DNA from: Lama guanicoe
Lineage: Eukaryota
Assembly: GCA_013239625.1 (NCBI GenBank)
Contig: MU053629.1
Span: 3,437,567 to 3,501,566, forward strand
Direction: 5' to 3'
DNA length: 64,000 bases
The translations under genes and the position numbers were made by a program. The notes below the pieces were generated by a model. It was not told where the DNA came from, did no database searches, and saw only the letters and a program-made list of their open reading frames with translations. This document shows, in pieces, positions 25,171-37,507 of the stretch; positions within the stretch are counted from its first letter, which is position 1, and each line of letters starts with the position of its first letter.

Positions 25171-26779
25171 TAACCAGCCTTTAAAAATTCCATCCTGCCT
25201 TTCTAGGACTGCACCTTTCTGGGACAGAACCTGCAAGAGCTGACAGGATTTATAGCCATGCATAAGGTGCTCCATAATTTCTGAACTAAAAAGCAGTACA
25301 TTTGTCTGACAACTAGAAAGAACATTTGAAATTGGAACCATCCCAGAAACCCAGGGCCATCTGTTTGCCAGTCCCAGGCAGGTGACTGCAGCTGCCAACA
25401 GCTGCGCCCACCAGGGGGAGGGGCTGGGGGCCCGGAGGTGCGACAGAACACAGGCAAGCTTTCCTGGCAGAACTCCAGTCTCCAGCTGGCTGGGAGACTC
25501 CGGGGAAGCCGGTCACCCTCTCTGAGCATGCATCAGCTCATCTGCTCAAACTCAGGAGACACCTCTGGCCTTCCCCTCGTGGCACCTTAGAAACAAGATT
25601 TTTCCAAAAGTCGTAATTTTTCAAGAATTTGGCCTTAGCTGTTGAAAGAAATAAACCAAAAGGGGATGGGGTAGCAAAAGGGCCTAGACTTGGCATCTGG
25701 CAGATATAAGTTTGAATCCCACCCCCACCACCCAAAATCTTGTGATCTTGGGCAGATTCTATAAACCTCCTGAACTTCAGGTCTGGGGTCTGTGACAGGA
25801 GGTGATACTATGCGCTTGCAGGGTGGTGTGGTGTTGAGAGAGGAGGTCAAGTTCCCGGTATAAGGTGGGTGTCCAGCAGGCGACTGACCTTGTCGAAAAG
25901 TTTCAGACCACTTTCCTTATGAGATTAGAGACAGTGTTTACTTTCCAGTTAGGTAAAGGGAACTAGTCACCAACACCAGCACTGGAGAGAGGAAAGAACA
26001 CTTTTTAAAAATTCTCTCTCTGTGCTCCACTCTCCCCTCCCATTCCCATGACCCCTGTCCTCCCCCAGCGCTCTGGTTGTCCTCTGGCCCCTCCGGGAGC
26101 TGCCCTCTGCCCTTCTCTCTCGTTTTCTCTCCCTCCTCTCCTTTCCCCTCCCACCTGAGTCCCCTGTCCCTCAGGCTCAGAGCAGCTGGGGGACTTACAG
26201 GGACTTACGGGAACAGGGAAGGCAGAAAAGCTCCCAGCTGCCCGCTGGGTGCTGGGTCAGGACCCCGTGACACTGAAGGAAGTAGGGAGGGACTCGGATG
26301 ACCAAAAGAGCCATCCCTCTCTCTCCACCCTCCACGCCCTGCCAGGCCAGAGAGACTGGCCCAGGCTCGGCTCTGATCAGGAACGGCTGTAGACTCCTGC
26401 ACCCCGCAGAAGAGGCATGGCTGGAACCCGGCATGGTGCTCTCGGCAAAAGCGCTCCAAGTGCCGGGAGTGGCCTTGCCTGGCAGAGCAGGAGGAGGATG
26501 TCACGAAGCCCGTCACGCATCCACTCCGAGCGAGCTGGTGCACCGCAGGCTTTAAACACCATCCGTGCAGTGAAAACACCCAAATTTACAGCAGCAGGGC
26601 CCTCGCCTGTGAGTTTCAGATCCATATTACCAACTGCCTGCTTGACATCTTCCCCTTGTTGGCAACCGGGCTTCTCAAACTCAACGCGAACAAAATGGAA
26701 CTTGGTCTTCCTTTGTCCTCTGCTCCCCCTCCCCCTGCCCTAGGGTTTGCCACTTTGGGGAGGACACCACCATCCATAC

Positions 26780-27395
26780 TGATGCTAGCATTACACTGAT
26801 TCCTGTGTCCTCCCTCACATCTAATCCACCAGCCAATCCTGTCAGCTCTGCCTCGGAAATGTATCCGCAGCCCCACCGCTGCTCCCAGCCCGGTCCAGGC
26901 ACCAGCATCTCTCACCTGCAGAAGCTTCCTAACCGGCTTCCTGCTTCCCCTCTTCAGTCTGTTCTCCACCCAGCAGCCAGAGAGAGTTTTTAAAAACATA
27001 AATCAGATCACCCTGCTCCACTGTTTAAAACCCTTCAGTGTCTTCCATTTTCAATCATTCCTAGCCTAGGAGGTCCCCCATGATCCAGACCCAGCCCATC
27101 TCTCTGGCTTCCTCTCATATCACACTTCCCTTGTTCTCCTTGCCCCAGCCTCATGCACCTTCCTTTTTTCCCTCCAGCAAGCCAGGCTCATTCCCACCTC
27201 AGGGCCTTTGCACAGGCAGTCCTTTCTACCTGGAGAGCTCTTTCCCCAGATCTCCCCATGTCTGCCTCCTACTCATCATTCTCCTCTGAGATGCTTTCCC
27301 TGACCCTGTCCACACTCACCCCAGCAACTCTAGCACCTGGCATGCGTGCCTGGCACAGAGCAATCCTGGGTAGATATCTGCTGAATGAATGTGTA
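26780..27395 (+). mobile_element. L2 LINE 3' region
   Basis: cttcccctcttcagtctgttctccacccagcagccagagaga...cctcagggcctttgcac...tgcctggcacagag...gctgaatgaatg. Confidence 0.88.
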
Positions 27396-28129
27396 AGTGA
27401 ACGAAGTTATAGACACATAGCTGTGAGGAGGAGAACACAGCAGGGGCAGGCAACACTGCTCCTCAGCAGGTGGCTTTCCACTTCCCTGCCATCCTATCCT
27501 CCCTCCTCTGGACGCACTGAACTTGGCCGTGGCCCCTGTGGCTGCAGCCAATGCAGAAGTCCAAAGAGTGTCCTCTCTCCTCATATGCACACTGCCTGCA
27601 GCCCCAGCCCTGTCTTTCACAGCTGCACCAGCTCCAGTGAGCAGAGCCACAGCAGAACGGGGCAGCCTGAAAGGAACAAACAGCCCGGGGTGATGGACCA
27701 CTGCTCCCACACCTGGGATAGAAAAGGAAACTGTCCCAGTTCAGGGCCAGCCAGAACAAAGTGGGTTCTGTCCCCAGACAACCCAGAAGGGGACCCTATC
27801 CTACTGTCATGAGGTTTCAGACCCTTGGCCCACACACCCTTTCTCTGCCACATCTTTACAGCTAAAGAAGTTCCCCTGGGGAGGGAGATCTGTCCAGGTT
27901 GCATAACGGATGGTGGAGGTACGACGCCCATCTGGAGCCCTAACTTCCAGGCAGGGCGATTGCACTGATCTGCCCCAAACATGGGTAAATCGTCCCCACA
28001 CTGGTGCCTCTCAGCCTATCTCTAGGGGCAGAAAGAGGGGCGGGCAGCAGCCCTGACAAGCTCAGGGCTGGCCTGGCTTCTGGGCAATGCAGTCTCTTGC
28101 CCTCTGGAGCTCCCCCTGTAGTGCGGTGA

Positions 28130-28520
28130 TGGCTTCCCAGTGGGCCTCCTGCATCCCCCAGAGCCAGGCTCCTCCTAGCAGTCAAGAGTGAAAATGAAGA
28201 TCTGACCCTACTGCTCGCTCCCTGCTTACAGCTCCTCCCCAGCTCCCTTCTGGTAAGATCAAAATTCTCAGGTTGCCTACAAGGCCCTGCCAGCTCCTGC
28301 CTGCTTCTGCCTCTCCCGGCAGCCTCACCCCTAGCTGTTCCTCCCCTCGCTTACCTGGTTCCCACCACATGGCCTTCTCGGTCCTTCAATTCTCCGTGCA
28401 TCTACATGGCCTTTGCACATGCAGTTCCCTCTGCCCGGAATGCTTTTCCCTCAACTCCCTCGCCTTGGTTAACTGCTGCCTGTCCTTCAGACTGAAGCTC
28501 AAACGGTTATTTCTTTGACC
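28130..28520 (+). mobile_element. L2 LINE fragment
   Basis: ggcctttgcacatgcagttccctctgcccggaatgc. Confidence 0.75.
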
Positions 28521-28679
28521 CTTGCAGCCCCTGCTGGGCTGTCAGGCCTGCCTGCCAGACACTCATGAACCTCTATCTTGCAGGACTCTCCACAGCTCTG
28601 TGTGTCTGTGTGTGTATGCATGGACGTGCACATGCACACAAGTGTGCACACGCATACATGATTAGTGACGATCTGACCC

Positions 28680-28968
28680 CCCTCCATCCAATAGAGTAGC
28701 CGCTGGCCACACATGCTACTGAGCCCTTGAAATGTGACTAGTATGAATCGAGATATACTTTAAGTGTAAAAATACCTCATTAATAATTTTATGTTGATTA
28801 CATCTTAAAATGATAATATTTTGGATATATTGGGTTAAATAAGATATATTATGAAAATTAATGTTGCCTGTTCTCTTTACCATTTTTAATAAGGCTACTA
28901 GAAAATTTAAAGTCAGGTATGTGTCCGGCATCTGTGGCTGGCACTGTGTATCTACTGGGCTGTGCTGA
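28680..28968. mobile_element. MER33-like hAT-Charlie element
   Basis: tgataatattttggatatattgggttaaataagatatattatgaaaattaat...ggctactagaaaatttaaa. Confidence 0.85.
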
Positions 28969-29709
28969 TCTGGTCAATGCCTGCCTCCATCACTCCGTGC
29001 CTCTCCCGCCCACCGCTGTGCAGACTCATGGTGGTACCCAGGCCTCCAGAGCAGCCTTGCGTGGGGTTTCATCCATCACAGACACTCAAAAACATGTGCT
29101 GAGTGATTAAATACCAGGCTGCCCATCCTGACTTCAGGAAAGGGAAGCAATGCAAATAAGCCACCTGATCTCTCTGGCTTCAGCTCCATCCCCTGATCAC
29201 CCCCTACTCTCTGTCCAGCCAAGAACCCAGGCACAGGTGTCTGGAGTCTAGAAGCTTGGCCAGGACCAAAGGAGCCACATGTGTGAGGAAAGGTCAGCCC
29301 TGGCACTCGGAGGTTGGACAAAGTCTCTCTCTCCCCATCTCTGTCCCTGTCTCTCTCCCTCCTTCCTCTCTGAAATATCATTTCTCATGGTTTGGAATGA
29401 AACCCATTATTCCCAATTAACCTGCCGTGAACCCACAGTACTTGCTGGCTTGCCCATAATTATTCATCCATAGTAATAGCTTAAGTAAATTCTGGCGGTC
29501 TTAGGGAACACTGACATCTCCTTTGGGAAAACTTTCAGATGCCACATCCTTGGTTCCTTATCTAAAGCTTCCCTGCCTTGTTTGGTCTCATTTTATGTCT
29601 TGTGGTTAATTCTTGAGAAGAAGGCACCCCAGAACAGAACAGCTCCATCCTGACACCAAGTCACTGGACGAGACTCTGGCAGCGCTGTCCCGTACTTTCC
29701 TACCCGCAG

Positions 29710-29749
29710 GCGGAACAGAAGGCAGACGGGTAGCAGCCAGACCATCCGG
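29710..29749 (+). other. Candidate 40-nt exon (unknown transcript)
   Basis: Acceptor ctgtcccgtactttcctacccgcag| and donor CGG|GTAAGT. Confidence 0.35.
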
Positions 29750-30619
29750 GTAAGTCACACACAGATAATTTTTGCAATTAGCCAGTCCTTCTCAAGGCTC
29801 CCTTCTCCCTGCCCTCTCGGGAGCTGGGCTTGCAAGCCCACAGAAAGCGTACATCTTGGGCACAATTTATGTGGGGTTGTCAGACATAATTTACTAAAAG
29901 GCTGTCTGCCAAAAAAAAAAAAATCCAGAAGGAAACCTCAGTTGTCATTTTTACTGAAGTGTGGCTCCTTTTGGTCATCTTTCCACCCAGATGGCTGCAT
30001 TAAAGATGCAATGGCCTCTCCCCTACAATCACAATAATAATCATAGTTGTAATAAGGCTTGAGTCAAAACCAGGGCGGGCAATGGAGAGAGGGAAGTGAC
30101 AGATGGAGCAAAGCCTGAGAGGGGAAGGGCTCTGAGACGATGCCTCCTTCCTGATGCCTCTCATCCTCCGGGGGATTTCGTCCAAAAGAGGAAAGCTCTC
30201 AGATGCCCGGATTTTGCAGAGGAGACAAGGTAAGAAGGAGGGGGTGAAGGGGGAGGGTGGGCAAAACACTAAAGTATGCTCTATTTAAGGCCATTTCTTC
30301 TTCCCCTTAAGAGAGCAGAGTCTGTAAAAGGGAATGCCCGGATAATCTGCACTGAATCAACCCGGTGGCTCCAGTGGTCCAGATCCCAGCCTCCTCACCT
30401 TCCAGAAGGGGGATCTTCGGGCAGAGGCTGGTTGGCCTCTCCGGGCTTCCGCTTCCTGTCTGTAAAATGCAGCTCAAACCTTTCTTGCAAAGTGATTTGA
30501 GCTGTGAGGATAAAATGAGATTTTGAAAGCGGTCCGTAGCTAGCGCTACACAAATGTCAGCGATTCTAATTCTTATCACCCCTTATGGAATGAGAGGGGG
30601 TGGGCACAACGGCCCTGAA

Positions 30620-30990
30620 TGCCTTTGCAGCGGACCCTCTGGCATGCCATCTGCTATAAGGGTGGGCTGCCAGTGCCCACCTCCCGCCACCAAGACCTGC
30701 CCTCAGCTGACTGGAGCCACCTGTCCAGGAGGTTACAAACCTCCCTTTCTGACAGCTGTCAGTCAGCAAGTGACTAATACAAAAGAGTGGCCCACTCCCA
30801 CCAGGGGATCAGTCTTGAGTTCTAGTTTAGGTTCCAGAACCTTCTCCAAGGGGACAGGCCTGACTTGAGGCCATATCCCTTCCTCCCTCTCTCCACCTCG
30901 GTTTTCTTTCCAAAGAGCACCCCCCACCCCCACCACATGTTCTGCATCCCTGTCTCAGGCTCTGCTTCCTGAGGAAGCCACTGAAAAAGG
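30620..30990 (+). mobile_element. ERVL solo LTR (LTR16-like)
   Basis: Ends catccctgtctcaggctctgcttcctgaggaa as in the LTR16 family. Confidence 0.65.
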
Positions 30991-32239
30991 CTCCTGCAAA
31001 GCGCAGACCTCTGGTAAGACTGTGGCTGCAGCTGGAGTCAGGGTGATGACGGCGCTGAGGCAGGACACTGCGGCAGAGGCCAGGTGGGGAGGGAGGACGG
31101 CCAGAGTTTCTGGTGGACCCCTCAGGCCAGGCCTGACCCACTCAGCCAGAGAGGAGGCCAGAAAAGCCAAGAGGAGCAGGAAAGCCAGGACTGGGGTGGG
31201 GGAGCTGGGCTCCCACCAACTTGGGGGGCAGGGCCTCGCCTCTGAGACCCTGGTCCTGCTCTGGAACGCTGGGGCTGACACAGGATGGTGAGAAAGCCCC
31301 TCACCACAAAGCCCTCCAGATTCTAAGGACGGAGAGGACCGCAGCTCCCTCACCCGAAATGAGGCTGAGGTCTGTCCCGGTTGCAGGAACCCCGCACTGC
31401 CCAGCGCTCTGCACAGGGTGGGATGTGGGTCTTTGGACAAGGGGATGGAGAGGTGGGGGGAGGGGCAGCGCTGGATTCTGGGTCACATCCTCCCTACCAC
31501 GGCTCTTTTTCTAACCCAGTAAGAAGACCATGCTGAGACTTCCTCCACTGGACTCCCCAAGCCCAATCTGGGAGCACCCTCACCCCAACCCGCCGTCCTC
31601 TCCGAAAGGGTCCCTACCTGCGGGGTTCACTACCATTTTCTCATCCTCCCCACCCCTCAGCACCCGCCCACCTTCTCCCACCCTCAGCACACCCTTGTCA
31701 ATAGCTCCTTTCACAAGGTCGTCATTACCCACTAATTGTCCAAAATTTCATTCCCTCATCCTTCTTGGTTAAGGATTGATTTAAGGAATGAGTTCAATAT
31801 CCCTGCTGTTTCCAAGTGCTTATTAATTCCCGGCGCCTCCAGCTCCCCGCACGGAGCCCGCTCACCTCGCACGGCTTGGCCCCTCGCTGATTGGTAAAGC
31901 CCCGGCTTTTAGGCCTGCAGGACGGGAGGCCTAATGTGCACTAATCTATCATTACTTCATGCAGCTGGCAGAGTGACGGATGGCGGCGGGGATGGCGCGG
32001 GGCGGGAGATGGTCCTCCGCCTCCTTCCATGACCAGGCTGCGGTGGAAGTTTGCTCAGCGGGAGGATGACTGGCACCTCTGTGGAGGCAGGCAGGGGAGG
32101 CGCTGTCTCCAAGAGCCGAGACCCAGGACATGAGCAGGAATAGACAAATGCCTGCCCCTCGCCCTGCCTCCCTGGGACAGCCGCTGTTAGAGCTGGAAGG
32201 CCACCTTTGTCCACCCTCCTCAGGGGCTGGACATCACCC

Positions 32240-32655
32240 CTTCCCTCTGCACATCCATCTCCAGGCTACTCTGTGGTCTGGACTGCATCAATGGGCAACC
32301 GTGCCCTCTGCCTCTGCTAGTGTTCAGCCAATGGGGAGCCCCAGCGGCAAACGGGAGTGAAGAGAGTGAGGTCGGGTGTTTACCAGACTGTCCGCTTCCC
32401 TGCAGGGCTGCCTCAAGCCAGCTGTGTCCCAGAGGTCCCAGCGCTCTCTCTCTCTTCCCCTCTTCTCTCTCTCCTAATGCTCCCCTCCTCACCCCTGCAG
32501 GTCCAGCCCCACTGTCACTCACCAAGGAGCGACCCCACCCTTGTTCTTTCCCTACAATCTCCCCACACCTTTGCAAGCAGTCCCTTTGGTCAGCTCTCCT
32601 CAAATTACCCAACTTGAGGGGGCCATCTCTCTCCTGCTGGAACCCTGACCAATAC
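32240..32655 (+). mobile_element. ERVL solo LTR (LTR33-like)
   Basis: gttcagccaatggggagccc...ctcctcaaattacccaacttgagggggccatctctctcctgctggaaccctgaccaataca. Confidence 0.75.
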
Positions 32656-32664
32656 ACCTTATGT

Positions 32665-32790
32665 TACCCATAAGGAAACTGAGGCTCAGAGAGGACCAAG
32701 GCTTGCCCTCGGCCACACAATGAATTTATGGCAGGGCTGGCTCCAGAACACGTCTTCTGACCGTGTGGCGTAATTTGCCTGCCTGACTAT
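32665..32790 (-). mobile_element. MIR fragment
   Basis: aaggaaactgaggctcagagagg...cttgccctcggccacac. Confidence 0.7.
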
Positions 32791-34389
32791 TCTGCATTCC
32801 TTTGCAGTCCCGGCTTAACCAGAGCACACATCTTTTGGGGGGGCTACACGGGGAAGAACATGTTCAGTGTGCCATCAGGGGTCCACAGACCTGTTCCTGC
32901 CAGAGATGCTAAGATCAGCACAAATGCTCCCCGCCTCGGCACCTTTCAGATTCTGGGGCAGCCCCCTCAGGGTTGCTCTGTGGCCTGGGACACTGTTTTT
33001 CCCTTTAGTCTTTATATTTGGCCCCTACACCTTCCATGGAAAGTGCCAAACCCCAGGCCACGTCTACTACAATCAAACCTCAACTGAATCAACAGATCAG
33101 GGGTCCACATTTCCACCAAAGGCTTCCCTTTTTGTGGCCCTTCACTAAAAAGATGATTAGTTAGGAAATTTCTATTCCAGCTTTTCCTACGGGCCAGGGA
33201 CCAGACTAGGGACTGGATTAGACCAGTGTCAAGGATGGAAACAGCCAGCTGCAACTGACTAACTGTGGAATAATACAAAATCTACAAAGCTGAGGGCCGA
33301 TGCCTGACTCTCCCCCATCCCCAGCCCCCCGGGAAGGAGACAGCGAGCTGTTCAGAAAGGGTCCAAGCCACCTTCAGGGGAGCCCTCACACTGCAGGGGA
33401 AAGACCCTGGCCACCTGCCCACAGAGACCAAACTTGGACAGTTTGCCACAAAGCCATTTCAGCAGAACAGGTCATGTTCGTTTTGACTGCCGGGGGACCT
33501 CCCGCCCAGAACAATCCTCAGAGGGGCTGACCACGCCCCCTCCGTCTGCCTGAGACACGTGCACCATGTGTGCTCTCTCCCTGAGACAGGATCCTCCCCC
33601 TAGGCTTCCTGGCTCTTGGCGATGGGTCACCTGCTCAGGGCTCTGTGGTCTATTCTTGGCACCTCGCTCTATTCCACAGGGATTGGGAACCCAAGGAAAC
33701 AGCCAAGTCCACACTTACCTGGCCCAAATCCAAAAGCCATCAGCAAATCCTGTTTCTGTTGCCACCTTGAGATGGAACAAGCAATCACCCAAAAATTCTC
33801 CCCAAAAGTCAGAATGAGGCCAAAGACCGAACATGGGCGGGGGGAGAGAGAAACAGGGTAGCTCTATTACAGATCCCTGGAACAGCCCCTTCCGAGAGGG
33901 GAATGAAGCACGGACCCAGGGCTTAATCAGGAGAAAACTGGCCCTGATGAACTGAGGCATGGTACACAGGACAACCTCTGGGCAAGGGATCAAGAGAGCT
34001 GGACCTTTACCCCAAATCTGCCCCTGAGCCCTTCCCCATCCTGGCCTCTTCTGCAGAAGGAAGGGTTGGATCAGATGAGCCTTAGTTCTGGAAGTGATGT
34101 GACTCTGTGCATTTTTCCAGGAAAAAGGAACAGCAGTGGCGTAAGCCCTGGTACTGCGCTCTGGACGACCAGAATTCTGTGACACCCTTTCTGAAGCAGA
34201 GCCACAGGGAGGAAACCCAGCCCAGTCCCACCCCTGGGCCTGTCTCGTCTGTTAGAAGATGCTGCTCTGAGGAGCTGGCCCAGCCCATCCCTAGAGGAGT
34301 CAAAGCCCCCCGTCCCTAATAGATGCCTCTTCTCCCAGCCTCCCCTCCCTTCTCCAGGCCATCCTCTTTCAAGCCCAAATTATCTAGAA

Positions 34390-34590
34390 CTGCATGATTC
34401 AATCCGGTAGCCCCATGTGGCTATTTAAACCAAGTTAATCAAATGTAAATAAAATGTAAAACTCAGCTCCTCAGTCACACGAGCCACATTCCATGGGCTC
34501 AGTGGCGACACATGACTAGTGGGTACCATATTGGATTGTGTAGATATGGAACATTTCCATCAGAGCAGAAAGTTCTTTCGGACAATGCTG
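34390..34590 (-). mobile_element. MER3 hAT-Charlie element with 8-bp TSD
   Basis: MER3-like body; TSD atctagaa 34382-34389 / gtctagaa 34591-34598. Confidence 0.85.
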
Positions 34591-35909
34591 GTCTAGAAGC
34601 TAACCTTTGTGTTCGCAAAGTGCTTCCTCTAGCTGCCTTCATTCCTTCCTGCTGCAGAGTCAGCCCACATCCTCCAGCCCTCTGCTCTGGGGAGGAGCCC
34701 AGGTCGTTTTAGAATGGAGCTTGGCCACAAGTGACCAGGGGGTAGTGGTTCCTGTCTGCCTGAGACATGACCCTGGATACTCTGGTCACCCACCCGAGCA
34801 TCTGAGGAGGACACACTTAAGCTGATGATCATCCAGCACCTGAGAGAAGTTACTCACTGACATTAAACTTCAAGCAATGATGATGTTCACTGACCACCCC
34901 TTAGCCACCCACCTCCTCCTTCCCTTTTTGATCTGTTCCTTGCTAATTCCCACGCTTCAAGGATGCTAAACCTTGAAAGGGGGCAGAGGAGAAAGAGCCA
35001 GAGAATATTTTGGGGGGCTCCAGGATTTGGAAGATTTCTGCTGACATGACTAAAGGAGCTTAGAAAACTCCAGAGATCATTTTGGGGTCCTCATCTTCCC
35101 AGAAATTGTTCATATACATGTCTGGAAAAATCCCCACAAGGGGTTAAAAGCCAAGAAAATATCTTCTCTGATTGCAGAGAAGCCTAGCAGGGGTGGGGGT
35201 GGGGCAGTGGGCTCCAGAGAGCTAAATGGGTTACCCAGAAATTACAAGAGGCTTTTAAAAGTAGAAAACTTACCATATGTCAAGCCTATAATGTATAGAC
35301 AGTAATTATTTCCCACTGAATATTTTTGTATTTAATTTGGTGATGACTATCTCCTTTTACATCATGTATTCAGCAATCAGTCTTCTCCTTGCTTAATATG
35401 CACAGTCATCTTTCTCCTCCTATGTCACATATTCAATAATTCCTCTCCTTTGGTTCCAGGGGTGGTAAGACGAGGGGAATGTCACATTTTAAATTAGTTA
35501 ACAGCTGTGTTTTTGGTTTTTCAATTCCACCTCCACCGATGCCCTGCAAATATCGTGAGCTCCAAAAAGCAACACAGGGTGCCTTGTTTGTCCCAATCCC
35601 CAGCTCAGCGGCCTTTTAGAGGCCTTTTCTCTAAGGACGAGCTGTGCCTCGGGAACCTAACAGACCAGAGAAGGGAGCATTGAGCAACCGTCCAGTCCCA
35701 TCCCAGTCGATGGAGGACACCAGGCCTCCAAATGAAGATATGGTCTTCCTACTGACACCTGTTTGGGGTGGGCTCCACCCTGTCTGTTTAGATCATTGTG
35801 AGTTCTCTGATTCTCTTTCTTCAAATCCACGAGGCTTCTGCATCTGAACTCCCAGATGTTGCCTTTGCTCCGCTCTCAGATGTGAAGGAGTGGACAGCCA
35901 TCAGGAAAG

Positions 35910-36035
35910 CAAGGCCAGGGCCTGGGCCGAGGCCAGGCACCTAGGGCATAAAAATTTGAGAAATCTGAGAGCCAGCGCCTCCTTAATTTTTTCAGCCCTA
36001 GGTGCCTTGATTGCTTCACTCAGGTCTGGGCCCTT
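35910..36035. mobile_element. MER96-like palindromic MITE, internally deleted
   Basis: aggcacctagggcataaaaatt ... gcgcctccttaattttttcagccctaggtgcct inverted arms. Confidence 0.7.
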
Positions 36036-37481
36036 CAGAAGCACCAGCCCCTTGCAGATCTGGGAGTCAGAACCAGGAGAGAGAAACAGGAGGTGGGGGC
36101 AGGGGTGGGGGTGCTAGTTGGCAAGGAGGAACAAGTGACTCTGGAAAGGAGTTCATTAAAATGCTTCAAGAGACTCCAAACTGCAAATGTGTTTTTTTCT
36201 TTTTTTTAAGAGAGGAATTTAGCAAGAAATCAATCACCACACATGCTGATAACTTAGTCTGTGACAAAAAGGAAACAAAAGCCCCATCAATTCCTGCAGC
36301 CTTTGGGTAGCCAGTGTCTCCTGCCACTAATTCATTTTCTAGAACTTTCACTCTCCAGATATCGCAAAACATGGTTCATCTGTCGGCCCCAGGAGGCACC
36401 GCCAGCACCTGCTGTAGCAGGTTGGTGATTCTGGAACCTGTGTCACGTGGGGAGGAGGCGCGCAGAGGCGCCCCCAGCAAGCTCGGGGGCTGCAGCGCCA
36501 GGCTCCGCGCCCACATCCCCGCACCTGCTCCACTAAGGGAAACAGCGTGCAGCAGTGCAAACCTCCCTGCCTCGGTTTCCCCAAATGCAAAATAAGAAGA
36601 TTGCACTCAATCTGGTTTCAGATTCCTGGATTCATGCCGCCCTGCCGAGCATTAAGGCCATGTGGGGACTGACTAATCTGCCTGTTTCTGCCCACTGCCC
36701 CAGCCCCCCTTGCACAATGGACTGTCTCACACACAAACACGCCTAATAAAGTTCTCGCCGATTCACCCAGCAGCCTCCTTCTCTCCTGGCCCCGGCCTGT
36801 CTTCCGCCATCACCAAACCAGGGAGGGGCTTCCCCAGCCCTCACTGATGGGGCCTACGACCCAGGAACCTCACTCCTGAGATTCCCTTCTTCCTGCCAAC
36901 CACACAAGCTCACTGGTGTCAGCCGAAAAGGACATGAGACCTGACCCTGTGAAGTTGGCTCCTCGGTGGAAAACAGATTAAAACCCCAGATAGTCTGTAG
37001 GTTGCAGGCATCTGAAATCTGAGGCCCCAAAGAACAAGCAAGCCAGTGTCAGCCGGGAGCCTTCCCTGCCCTGGCTGTTCTGAGAGGATGTGAAAGAGCT
37101 AGAACGTTCCCCGAGATTCCAGAGCAGATCAGCAGGCAGCGAGGTCCCCAGAAGCAGCAGCCTCAAATGAGACGTGAGGTTTGGCTCACCTTCCCGGTGG
37201 CCTCCTTGGGAAGGTGACCTGATGGGAGGCAGACCCTCCCGGTCCCTTCTCAGAGCACCTGAACCCCACGCACAGCCCCCTCCCTAAGTCCCACAGAGTG
37301 AGATGGGGACGCTCTTCTCCTTCACGGGACCCAGGAGCCCTCCCTCACCTCATAGGCAGGAGGCCACGGTCTCAACCTCCTCCTCCACACGGCCGGTAGT
37401 TCCCTTTCTTCTTCATTTATTTTTGTCTGTTTCCTCAAACAGTATGTGCCTAGAATGAACACCAGGCTCTCTCTGGCAGAC

Positions 37482-37507
37482 AAAAAAAAAAAAAAAAAAA
37501 AAAAAAA
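37482..37507. repeat. Poly(A)26 tract
   Basis: Directly visible; no retroelement body 5' of it. Confidence 0.95.

Noticed and set aside
27153..27812. 219-aa ORF
   Set aside because: Starts within L2, no homology, chance ORF in GC-rich DNA
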